A program made the position numbers and the translations under genes. The notes under the pieces are model-generated. The model saw only the letters and a list, made by a program, of their open reading frames with translations. It had not been told where the DNA came from and made no database searches. A stretch of 64,000 nucleotides of DNA from Candidatus Geocrenenecus huangii (GTDB taxonomy: Archaea > Thermoproteota > Nitrososphaeria_A > Caldarchaeales > Wolframiiraptoraceae): positions 19,538 through 83,537 of the forward strand of contig JALNLM010000002.1 in the NCBI GenBank assembly GCA_023254095.1, written 5' to 3'. This document shows, one piece after another, positions 9,258 to 17,715 of this stretch (the first letter of the stretch is position 1; each line of letters begins with the position of its first letter).

Positions 9258-10076
9258 ATGATGCTTGGCCCGAGTAATAGACGTTTAGTTGCTTTTATGA
9301 CGGATTACGGTTTAAGGGATACGTATGTCGCCCAGGTAAAAGCGGTGATATTAAGTTATAGGATCGATACAGTGATAATCGATGTTACACATGAAGTTGA
9401 ACCATTCAACGAGCTCGAAGCCGCATTCTTGCTTACAACTTATGTTCAGTATATGCCTCCTGGAACAATCCATCTATGCATAATTGACCCATATGTGGGT
9501 GGAATGAGAAAACCAATAATAATACAGACATCTAGAGGTGATCTATTCGTCGGACCAGATACTGGGGTCATGATCCCGGCCGCAGAACAGTTAGGAATAG
9601 TGTCTGCCTATGAGATTGACGAATCCAATCTTCCTAGGAGGACTGGTGAAACCTTTCATGGTAGAGATGTTTTCGCACACGTCGTAGGTATGATAGTTTC
9701 AGATGTGCCTCTGAGTCGGTTGGGTAGAGAACTAGTAGAATACAGAAAGTTCACGTTACCCAATCCTGTAAAGAGGGAAGATTACATTGAAGCGACTGTA
9801 CTACACGTTGATAGATTTGGAAACATAATAACTAACCTTAAACCTTTAGACATAGGAATAGTTTTCACAGACATTATCGAGATTTCTACCTTCACGGGCT
9901 TAGCGGTTAACTGTCCATTCGTTAAGACTTACAGCGAAGTAGTAGAGGGCTCTTTTCTGACAACTATCGGGGGGTCAGGGTACATCGAAATCTCTAGAAA
10001 TATGGGGTCTGCTAATGAAGAACTAAGACTTAGAGCTGGAGATAAAATAAAAGTTAGGGTGGTTAAAAACATTTAA
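9258..10076 (+). CDS. S-adenosyl-L-methionine hydroxide adenosyltransferase (SAM hydrolase, DUF62; fluorinase/chlorinase-like fold)
   Basis: Family N-terminus ...MTDYGLRDTYVAQVKAVIL... and C-terminal beta-barrel domain. The track ORF begins at TTG 9216, but a TATA-like box at 9225-9234 sits inside that extension. I prefer ATG 9258, which is leaderless relative to the TATA, or ATG 9297. Confidence 0.65.
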   Translation: MMLGPSNRRLVAFMTDYGLRDTYVAQVKAVILSYRIDTVIIDVTHEVEPFNELEAAFLLTTYVQYMPPGTIHLCIIDPYVGGMRKPIIIQTSRGDLFVGPDTGVMIPAAEQLGIVSAYEIDESNLPRRTGETFHGRDVFAHVVGMIVSDVPLSRLGRELVEYRKFTLPNPVKREDYIEATVLHVDRFGNIITNLKPLDIGIVFTDIIEISTFTGLAVNCPFVKTYSEVVEGSFLTTIGGSGYIEISRNMGSANEELRLRAGDKIKVRVVKNI

Positions 10077-10096
10077 GAAGTGGGGAAGAATGTTTT

Positions 10097-10723
10097 ATGG
10101 TTAGAGTAGGTGGTCGTATGTCTTTCCAATATCCTTACCCTGGAGCTACGACTCTCGGCATAAAAGGTAGAGATGCGGTGGTATTAGCTGCGGAGAAGAG
10201 GCTTACTTATGGATACTTTGTTGTGAGTAAGACTGTCAGAAAGGTTTTCCAAATTACATCAAAGATTGGTGCAGCATGCGCAGGCTTCATAGGCGACATG
10301 CAGAACCTTATCCGTGATGCTCAAGCAGAGATTAATCTGTATAGATTCATGTATCAGAGAGAACCTGAAGTTAGAACAGTAGCCAAAGTACTTTCAAACT
10401 ACTTATTCAGTAGTAGGTTCTTCCCATATCTTGCTGAGACAATTGTGGGTGGATTCGATGAAACAGGAGGCCATATACTAGTATTAGACCCATTAGGCTC
10501 AATAATTGAAGATGATTATGCAGTAGTCGGCTCGGGTGCAGAGATAGCCATCGGCGTAATAGAGACATCCTACAAACCAGAAATGAATACAGATGAATTA
10601 AGAGAGCTCGCAGCTAAAGCCATAAGAGCTTCTATAGCTAGAGATGCAGCAAGCGGTAATGGTATAGATATATTGATAATAACCAACGATGGTGTTAAAG
10701 CATTAGAGACGGTCACCTTATAG
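10097..10723 (+). CDS. psmB: Proteasome subunit beta (with propeptide)
   Basis: 208 aa. A propeptide is followed by G|TTLGIKG, with the catalytic Thr after the processing site. Ntn-hydrolase proteasome beta motifs are conserved. Confidence 0.85.
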   Translation: MVRVGGRMSFQYPYPGATTLGIKGRDAVVLAAEKRLTYGYFVVSKTVRKVFQITSKIGAACAGFIGDMQNLIRDAQAEINLYRFMYQREPEVRTVAKVLSNYLFSSRFFPYLAETIVGGFDETGGHILVLDPLGSIIEDDYAVVGSGAEIAIGVIETSYKPEMNTDELRELAAKAIRASIARDAASGNGIDILIITNDGVKALETVTL

Positions 10724-10785
10724 TTATTCGGCTTATAGGATATTCTCTTAAAGTTGATCTACAATTTTTAGAGTAGTATGCTGAG

Positions 10786-11556
10786 TTGTTGAGTAAAATT
10801 TATAAAGGAGTCCACCGATATAACGGTGTGATGAATGCCCAAGGCATATTGAACATGAAGGAGAAATTACTAATATTTCTAGCTCAAAATGGAGCATATA
10901 CTAAGAGGCTTAGGATGTCTACTTCAACTATTGCTCAACATCTTAATACATCTCAACAATCAGTTTCTAGGATACTGATACAGTTAGAGCAAAATGGATA
11001 TATAGAAAAGATAGTAATAGGTAAATCAACCTTGATGAGATTAACAAACAAAGGAATTGATGAATTAAGAAATCTGTACGCGATCCTGAAGAGTATATTT
11101 GAGAAACCAATGGAGATAATCTTGGAGGGTAGAGTATTCTCAGGGTTAGGAGAAGGATTCTACTATATTAGTCTCCCTCAATACTTTGAACAAATAAAAG
11201 AGAAATTAGGGTTTACCCCATATCCTGGAACACTTAATGTCCAGCTACTCTCTAAAGACTCGATAGATAATAGAATGTTATTAGAAAAGATCGCCGACAT
11301 ACCTATAAATGGATTCAGTAATGGTCAGAGAACGTATGGGAAAGCAAAATGCATAAGAGCCTTGTTTAATGGAGAGCAGGAAGCAGCTATTATATTTGTT
11401 GAGAGAACTCATTACGGTAAGGATGTTGTAGAAGTTATCTCACCAGTTTATCTTAGAGGAAAGTACGGTTTGAAAGATGGTGATAAAGTATACTTGAAGG
11501 TGGTTCAAAAAAGCCCAACTCAAGATAACAATATCTTAACAGCAGAGGCAAGATAG
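10786..11556 (+). CDS. ribK: CTP-dependent riboflavin kinase fused to an N-terminal winged-helix DNA-binding domain (RbkR-type regulator/enzyme)
   Basis: 256 aa. The C-terminal about 130 aa aligns with archaeal MJ0056-type riboflavin kinase (LEGRVFSGLGEGFYYISLPQYFEQIKEKLGFTPYPGTLNV...ISPVYLRGKYGLKDGDKVYLKV). The N-terminal about 100 aa is a wHTH (IAQHLNTSQQSVSRILIQLEQNGYIEK). Confidence 0.8.
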   Translation: MLSKIYKGVHRYNGVMNAQGILNMKEKLLIFLAQNGAYTKRLRMSTSTIAQHLNTSQQSVSRILIQLEQNGYIEKIVIGKSTLMRLTNKGIDELRNLYAILKSIFEKPMEIILEGRVFSGLGEGFYYISLPQYFEQIKEKLGFTPYPGTLNVQLLSKDSIDNRMLLEKIADIPINGFSNGQRTYGKAKCIRALFNGEQEAAIIFVERTHYGKDVVEVISPVYLRGKYGLKDGDKVYLKVVQKSPTQDNNILTAEAR

Positions 11557-11560
11557 ATTC

Positions 11561-12010
11561 CTACCGCACTTTAATCTTCTTTAACTTTTTAATAATATCT
11601 GTCGTACTGTTTATGCTGCCGGTTCGGTATCGTCTAGCTTTATATATCTTTATCCTTAGATTCCTTTCTTTAACAAATTTTTCAAATTCTCTCATAAGCT
11701 CTATTTGGTCATATCCGAATACAACTATATCTGGTCTAACCTTCTTGATTACCTTATCAAATGAAAACTTCTTGAACCCCAATATGACTTGGTCCACTGG
11801 CTTGAGATTAGAAACTATGTAGACTCTTGACTTCTCATCGAACAACGGTTTTCTATTTTTTCTTTTCTTGATTGTCTCATCTCTAGCTAGGACGACCACG
11901 AGCTTAGAGTTTTTGCCACCCAGCTTCTTAGCCTCCCATAACATCTTAATATGTCCTGGGTGGACTATGTCGAATGCTCCAGAAGTTAAAATTGTAGTCT
12001 TCTCCGCCAT
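11561..12010 (-). CDS. ribL: FAD synthetase (archaeal RibL, FMN adenylyltransferase)
   Basis: 149 aa. TSGAFDIVHPGH is the nucleotidyltransferase HxGH motif, and ARDETIKKRKNRKPLFDEKSRV...LKPVDQVILG closely parallels MJ1179 RibL. It is convergent with ribK. Confidence 0.8.
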   Translation of the reverse strand: MAEKTTILTSGAFDIVHPGHIKMLWEAKKLGGKNSKLVVVLARDETIKKRKNRKPLFDEKSRVYIVSNLKPVDQVILGFKKFSFDKVIKKVRPDIVVFGYDQIELMREFEKFVKERNLRIKIYKARRYRTGSINSTTDIIKKLKKIKVR

Positions 12011-12039
12011 GGCTACTCCTATAATTATTTAATCAGAAT

Positions 12040-13134
12040 TTAAGGCCATTGGAAATCTATCAGGCTCATCATTCTCAAGCTGTCAAGTAAACCTTCTGCG
12101 TACGTTATAGCTCCTAAGGCATTGAAAAGTTCTCCAGAAGACCAGAACCTCTCAGCGTCCTCTAAATAACTTGAAGCAATCTCTAATATTTTATCTACCT
12201 TTTTGCATGGTTTCATCATTTTGAGATTCTCCATCACTTCTCTAGTCTTTACAATGTATCTCCGTATTCTTTCTTTTTCATATCTGGCTGGTTTGTGTCT
12301 TCTAACTACTTCTTCACTTATATTGTACATCTTGCTCAATGCTTCAACCTCCATGAAATGTAGCTCTCCCGGAAAGATAAGTGCATGGGGAGGCGGAGGA
12401 TAATTAACAGATATCAATTCCTTGACCATTCCTACTTTGATGTACTGGTCCTCTAGACCGACCCTCGATAAACCTATAGCTAAAGTATCTTCTCCTAAGA
12501 TCCCTTGATTAAGTCGATCTTCAGCTTCTAAGAGTCTTCTTAATGCGTTTGGGATAGTTAAACCTCCATCCGCCGTATCTAGAAGTATCATGGTATGTAG
12601 ACCTCTTTCTTGATTTTCTTTAATTATCATGTACGTTTCAGCAGGATCTCCAATTAATGGTAGAGTTGTAGTTTTTCCAAACTTGTATACGTGTAAGCCT
12701 GTGATACTTACAGCTGCCGAATATATTGAGATTCCATGGACTATTTTATAAGGAGTTCTTCTTCTGGAAGCCTCAACTAATAGAGACATATGGGTCGTCG
12801 CGATCAAGGGATCTCCTGGAACGAGTATAGCTACATCGATATTCCTAGCCTCCTCTACAATCTTCTCTAAATTATCTTCGAGGTCTCTCCTGCATGCTAG
12901 CTTCAATCTTCCATCAAGTTTCTTCCTTAACCAATCCACCAGTTCCTCAGATATTAAACCTGTATAAGTATCCAGGTAGGCAATATGGCATTTCATGATC
13001 TCTCTAATCGCTTTCAAGCTCGTATAATCTAGGGAGCCTAAACCTAAACCGATTAAATATAATGCCATGACTTGACCTAAACATATTGAGTCTAGCGACA
13101 ATTTATAGGCTAAACTGGATAATAATGAGGACAA
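12040..13134 (-). CDS. dphB: Diphthine synthase (tetrapyrrole-methylase fold) with a C-terminal extension of about 90 aa
   Basis: MALYLIGLGLGSLDYTSLKAIREIMKCHIAYLDTYT matches the DphB N-terminus. The methyltransferase core is about 260 aa, but the ORF is 342-364 aa depending on start. Confidence 0.7.
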   Translation of the reverse strand: MSSLLSSLAYKLSLDSICLGQVMALYLIGLGLGSLDYTSLKAIREIMKCHIAYLDTYTGLISEELVDWLRKKLDGRLKLACRRDLEDNLEKIVEEARNIDVAILVPGDPLIATTHMSLLVEASRRRTPYKIVHGISIYSAAVSITGLHVYKFGKTTTLPLIGDPAETYMIIKENQERGLHTMILLDTADGGLTIPNALRRLLEAEDRLNQGILGEDTLAIGLSRVGLEDQYIKVGMVKELISVNYPPPPHALIFPGELHFMEVEALSKMYNISEEVVRRHKPARYEKERIRRYIVKTREVMENLKMMKPCKKVDKILEIASSYLEDAERFWSSGELFNALGAITYAEGLLDSLRMMSLIDFQWP

Positions 13135-13238
13135 TTATAACAGTATAAGAGCTTTCATTAGGTGGTTCAAAACTCTCCTAGATTTTCTCTATTATAGATC
13201 TTTTTGAAACATCTGGATGGCCAAACCATCAAAGGGAC

Positions 13239-14321
13239 ATGGTTAAATTTAATTCGCTACAACGATATACGGTGAAAGCTGTAGTATTCGCTGCTGGATT
13301 AGGTAAAAGGCTTAGACCTCTCACAAATACGAGACCCAAGCATCTTCTACCTATCAGTGGTAAACCGATTCTGAGAAGAATCCTCGAATCTCTTCTACTA
13401 AATGGCATCGAAGAAGTCGGTATAGTCGTCTCATATATGCCTGACCTAATCATTGAAGATGTGAAGAATTACGGGTTAAGCATGAAGGTCGAATGGATTC
13501 ATCAGAAAGAACCTCTAGGAACAGGTGATGCTCTCAGAGTCTGCGAAGAATTTCTATGTAACGAAGATTACTTCATAGTTGTTTACGGAGATATAACTTT
13601 AAACACTGTAATTCTCGGAAACATTATCCGATTCTTCAATGAAAATATTTGTGATGGAGTAGTCGAAGGAGTATTAGTTGAAGATACGCTTAGATTCGGT
13701 AGAATAATTTCTAGAAATGGTAGACTAGAAAAGATAGAAGAAAAAACAGCTGGTGGCCCTGGATTAGTGAATACTGGTCTATACATCCTTCCACATGATG
13801 CATTAGAGTTTTCCAGACAGATAAACCTATCTAGAAGAGGTGAATACGAGTTAACGGATGTCTTGAACATCCTTGTTTCTAGAAATTACGAGATACTGGT
13901 TCATACTACTGATCAAGATTGGTGGATGGACATAGGTTCTCCGAGGGATTACCTGAAAGCAAACATTAAGAAATTCATAGAAGAGTATGGGAACAGAGTA
14001 ATATGCAATTCTGAAGTAGGTGAAAAAGTAGTCGTGAAACCTCCGTCCATGATACTTGAAGAAGTCGAAGTAGAGAGAGATACTGTAATAGGTCCGAACA
14101 CATTTATAATGAAGAATGTAAGAATAGGCTCGAATACTATAATAGAAAACTCCATCCTCCTCGAAGGGTCCATCATCGGTAGAAGCTCAGTTCTGAGGAA
14201 TGTGATTATAGGAGAATATGTAAAGATAGGCGACAAAGTGCATGTCGAAGGTGGCCAAGAAGTATTAGTCATCTCTCCTAGAACGGAAATAGGAGACAGC
14301 AGCAAGATCAGCATGGTCTAG
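13239..14321 (+). CDS. Sugar-1-phosphate nucleotidyltransferase with C-terminal left-handed beta-helix (GlmU/GCD1-like bifunctional-type)
   Basis: KAVVFAAGLGKRLRPLTNTRPKHLLPI is the GxGxRL nucleotide-binding motif. The C-terminal hexapeptide repeats (IGPNTFIMKNVRIGSNTIIENSIL...) form the LbH domain. The start is probably the GTG at about 13273 (M/VKAVVFAAG). Confidence 0.75.
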   Translation: MVKFNSLQRYTVKAVVFAAGLGKRLRPLTNTRPKHLLPISGKPILRRILESLLLNGIEEVGIVVSYMPDLIIEDVKNYGLSMKVEWIHQKEPLGTGDALRVCEEFLCNEDYFIVVYGDITLNTVILGNIIRFFNENICDGVVEGVLVEDTLRFGRIISRNGRLEKIEEKTAGGPGLVNTGLYILPHDALEFSRQINLSRRGEYELTDVLNILVSRNYEILVHTTDQDWWMDIGSPRDYLKANIKKFIEEYGNRVICNSEVGEKVVVKPPSMILEEVEVERDTVIGPNTFIMKNVRIGSNTIIENSILLEGSIIGRSSVLRNVIIGEYVKIGDKVHVEGGQEVLVISPRTEIGDSSKISMV

Positions 14322-15003
14322 TCTCAGCACGATATGCCTCCTCCATCACCGCATAAGCGATCGATCTCGCCAACTTAAGTGGTTCAGGTATCCTACCAGA
14401 TACCGTATACTTATTTACTAGATCGAGAGCTTTATCCACATCTAATCCCACAGCTCTAAGATAGACTTTGAATCCATTCTTGTTAACAAGCTCGATTCTA
14501 GGTCCATTCTCTTCGTATACTTTGAATCTCTCCTCCCAATCGTCTGGGAAATACTTGATAAAATATTCTCTGAGACCGGTTGATGGATAATAGGTTAAGC
14601 ATATGGATGGTAGACGTGTTTCTCTATGTAATCTATTCAGGTCCACTACGTTAAACCAGCTAATAATACATCCATTAATTATTAATGCAGATATGTCTTC
14701 TCTCTCTAGTCTATGATACATTTCGAGGATGGAATCGGTTACATCCATTCCGCCTATCTTACATCTTCCCAAGACAACTCCATCAACTAGTAGATCGCTC
14801 CTCATTACGACTCCAGCTAGAAAAGCATACTGTCCAGCCCCTCTCCTATAGCTCTCAGCTATCCCCAGAACCCTGATTGCTTTCTTTTCTAGACTCAGCC
14901 TCAACAAACTCCCTAGTGAATACTCGTTAAAGGATGCTATAATTATTTTATCTCTAGAGAGAAGTAGTTGGAGCGGAACTTTAAGGATTGAATTGTTCTC
15001 CAT
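14308..15003 (-). CDS. DUF99/UPF0215 family protein (conserved archaeal protein of unknown function, predicted RNase-H-like fold)
   Basis: 231 aa. IRVLGIAESYRRG...FLAGVVMRSDLLVDGVVLGRCKIGGMDVTDSILEM matches the DUF99 pattern (vlGiDDg...v.v.R...dG.....i.vDG.D.T). It overlaps the Hjc-like gene by 23 nt. Confidence 0.55.
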   Translation of the reverse strand: MENNSILKVPLQLLLSRDKIIIASFNEYSLGSLLRLSLEKKAIRVLGIAESYRRGAGQYAFLAGVVMRSDLLVDGVVLGRCKIGGMDVTDSILEMYHRLEREDISALIINGCIISWFNVVDLNRLHRETRLPSICLTYYPSTGLREYFIKYFPDDWEERFKVYEENGPRIELVNKNGFKVYLRAVGLDVDKALDLVNKYTVSGRIPEPLKLARSIAYAVMEEAYRAETRPC

Positions 15004-15280
15004 CTTCCAAGTTTATGAAATGTATTCTTCGTTCGTACTTCTTCCTCAAGGCCAATATCGGTTTACCTGATGTGATCTTAGCCATCTCAATCAGCTTAGA
15101 CCTATCTTTATCGCTGATCCTCGAACTGTATTTACATTCGATCAAGAGGATTGACCCCTTCTTTAAAGCAATCAAGTCTAGAGGTTTACTTCTAGCAACT
15201 CTAACCGTTAGCCAGCCCTTATCCTCTAATATTCGTCTAACTTCCCATTCGAATCTTCTACCTTTCCTATAACTCAACAC
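14981..15280 (-). CDS. hjc: Compact Holliday-junction-resolvase-like PD-(D/E)xK nuclease (Hjc/Hje family)
   Basis: 99 aa. KGRRFEWEVRRILEDKGWLTVRVARSKPLDLIALKKGSILLIECKYSS aligns motif-by-motif with Hjc (KGSxxERxLxxxLRxxGFxVVRxxxSG...DIIALKNGxxLLIExKS), including the catalytic D...E.K. It sits between the Hef-like helicase and DUF99 on the same strand. Confidence 0.6.
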   Translation of the reverse strand: MLSYRKGRRFEWEVRRILEDKGWLTVRVARSKPLDLIALKKGSILLIECKYSSRISDKDRSKLIEMAKITSGKPILALRKKYERRIHFINLEDGEQFNP

Positions 15281-15308
15281 TACAACACCGTCATATGGAT
15301 CTCCTCTA

Positions 15309-17603
15309 TCATAGTTCCTTGATTACTCCATGTAGACGGAGATGTAGTCTCCCATCTATACGTACAAGCTTCCCAACGACAATGTATTCAGCCTTCTTTT
15401 TCAAAGATATTAATTCATCATTTAACTCAACAGGTATCACCGCTCTCCACCTATCATTGACTAAAACCGCAATTTTTCCCGGATAGAGTTCCTCGACACA
15501 TATTTTGAATCTCTTCAGATCTCCAGCTATCTCTATGGAATTTTTTAGTTTTTCTTTGACGAAGGGGTGAAGCCTCCCACATTCCTCGAATATTCTCCGA
15601 GATTTCAATAGTTTCTTCAAAGCTTTCTCGATCTCGCTAGCATTATATCCATCATGGATTAATTCTTCTACAAGGAGGTTTCTAGGAAAGCCTCGATCTC
15701 CCATCTTGAGTATTCTCTTATAGATTATCTTGGAAAGCTTCAGTAAACTCGTCTTCGGTTTTATGCTTGTAGAAGTAATCTGTTCAAACCACTCCATATA
15801 CCTATTCGCATGATGCCTCATATATTCGTCTTTTTTGAGAACTTCTTCAAGTTTTTCTCTCCAGCCTTCTTCGAGACAGCTCTTAGAGAAGCTTAAGTTA
15901 GAGTTCTTTTCAGACACATTATTCCCGTCGACTTCTCCGCAAGTTTCTGGAAAAGAATTTCTAAAGACTGATCCAGTATAATCTGTTAGATTCTTTTGCT
16001 TAATTTCTTGGTTTATCTTCTCTAATATGTTTTTTGTTTTCTTAACTTTCCTGTAAGCTGATTCAAGATAAACTTCATCAGACGTATTTTCAGCTACGAG
16101 TATCACGCATCTTCCGGTTCTTAGCCTACCAGTTCTCCCCCTTCTTTGAATAAATCTTATCTCTGAAGTTATCGGTTCATAGAATACCACTAGGCCGCAT
16201 TGTGGAATATCTAGCCCCTCTTCTCCAATACTCGTCGATACGAGAACCTGTATCTCCCCATCATTAAATCTCTTCAATGTCCGGAGCTGTTCTCTCTGAC
16301 TCATATAGATGAAGTTCTTTTCTTTTCTCTGTCCAACAAACACTTCTACCCTAAATCCTCTATCTCTCAGGATATCCACTAAATGTTCTGCCGTATCTCT
16401 ATACTGAGTAAAGACTATCACTCTTCCATTCGGCTCATCGTTAAAGTATTTCTTTAACTCTTCAACCAGTGCAGGAATTTTCGGATGTTCTTCTACTTCT
16501 TTCTCAACCATATTCATTAGTAATCGGAATCTCGGATCTATCACGAGCTTCCTATGGGATTTTTTCTCCAACGTTATAGAGTTCTCCAAGAATTTCCTAA
16601 GTATATGTGCTCCTTGAGATAGTAGAAGCTCTAATTCATGGAGGAGTATAAGAGCGATATTCTGTAGAAGTAGTAGATTCCATGACAAGCCTCTAGCATA
16701 CTTGTTTTTCTCAAGCTTAATCTTTTCGCGTATTTTTTCTCCGACCTCAAGTAGTTCTCTTCTAGATATGTGGCCACAGTCTTTATTGATCAACCCAGCT
16801 TCTCTAAGTTGCGCCAGACAATCTTCAAGCATCTCTCTAATCAAGTTGGCAATCCTTTGATAGCTTACAGGAGGTTCTATCATCTTATATTCTATCTTGA
16901 TATTGTGAATATATGGGGCAACATCTCTATCGTATTCTGAACGGTAGATTATATTCTCAATGAATAGTTTATTTACTATCTCTCTAACTTTGTTAGCATC
17001 TGACCCAGGCGAGGCCGTTAAAGCCAGTATACGGGGATTCTTGCATGAGCTTACATAATGTTTAGCGACCTTCGTATATGCGTACTCTTTCCTAGCTCTA
17101 TGAGCTTCATCAAATACGATCAAGCTGAAATTATCCAGACTCAGCCCATCTTCTAAATCATTCTTGACTACTTCAGGCGTAGTGAAGAATATCATGACAT
17201 CTCTGCTTCTCCACCACAGCTTCCTCTCTTCTGGAGCTACATCGCCGGTCAAGACCCTCAATTGATGTGCTTCTAGTCTTAAGAGTTGAGCAAACTTTTC
17301 TTTATGCTGGTTTACTAGAGGCTTTGTAGGGGCCATGACTAGAATCCTACAGTTGGGCTGAATGTACAAATAATAGGCGGAGACGTATACAGCGATAACT
17401 GTCTTACCTAGAGCCGTAGGTAGCACAACCAATGTATTCCGCCCAATAGATGATTCAGCTATCTTAACCTGGTATTTCCTGATCTCTATCTTCTCTTTTC
17501 GAAGGAGAGGGTTCTCCAATATTATCGATGAACTCATGATATCCGAGCTGTCCATATGATTCGACCTATTTCCAGTGTCTTTCCCCATATCTTCTCGTAT
17601 CAT
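15309..17603 (-). CDS. Hef/FANCM-like SF2 DNA helicase (DEAH, with helical insertion) carrying a unique C-terminal domain of about 200 aa and no ERCC4 nuclease
   Basis: 764 aa. Motif I VVLPTALGKTVIA; motif II DEAH (VFDEAHRA); motif III TASP; motif VI QRRGRTGR. The insertion domain between the RecA lobes is as in Hef. I see no ERKxxxD nuclease motif in the C-terminal region. Confidence 0.75.
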   Translation of the reverse strand: MIREDMGKDTGNRSNHMDSSDIMSSSIILENPLLRKEKIEIRKYQVKIAESSIGRNTLVVLPTALGKTVIAVYVSAYYLYIQPNCRILVMAPTKPLVNQHKEKFAQLLRLEAHQLRVLTGDVAPEERKLWWRSRDVMIFFTTPEVVKNDLEDGLSLDNFSLIVFDEAHRARKEYAYTKVAKHYVSSCKNPRILALTASPGSDANKVREIVNKLFIENIIYRSEYDRDVAPYIHNIKIEYKMIEPPVSYQRIANLIREMLEDCLAQLREAGLINKDCGHISRRELLEVGEKIREKIKLEKNKYARGLSWNLLLLQNIALILLHELELLLSQGAHILRKFLENSITLEKKSHRKLVIDPRFRLLMNMVEKEVEEHPKIPALVEELKKYFNDEPNGRVIVFTQYRDTAEHLVDILRDRGFRVEVFVGQRKEKNFIYMSQREQLRTLKRFNDGEIQVLVSTSIGEEGLDIPQCGLVVFYEPITSEIRFIQRRGRTGRLRTGRCVILVAENTSDEVYLESAYRKVKKTKNILEKINQEIKQKNLTDYTGSVFRNSFPETCGEVDGNNVSEKNSNLSFSKSCLEEGWREKLEEVLKKDEYMRHHANRYMEWFEQITSTSIKPKTSLLKLSKIIYKRILKMGDRGFPRNLLVEELIHDGYNASEIEKALKKLLKSRRIFEECGRLHPFVKEKLKNSIEIAGDLKRFKICVEELYPGKIAVLVNDRWRAVIPVELNDELISLKKKAEYIVVGKLVRIDGRLHLRLHGVIKEL

Positions 17604-17715
17604 CTACATCTCCTTGCTTGTTTTCCCTTAACTACGACTTCTGCTAACAATACACTGACCAGCGTATAGGCTAGCCCCGATAAAAATATTTCAGACCATG
17701 ATGAAAGTGGAGAAG

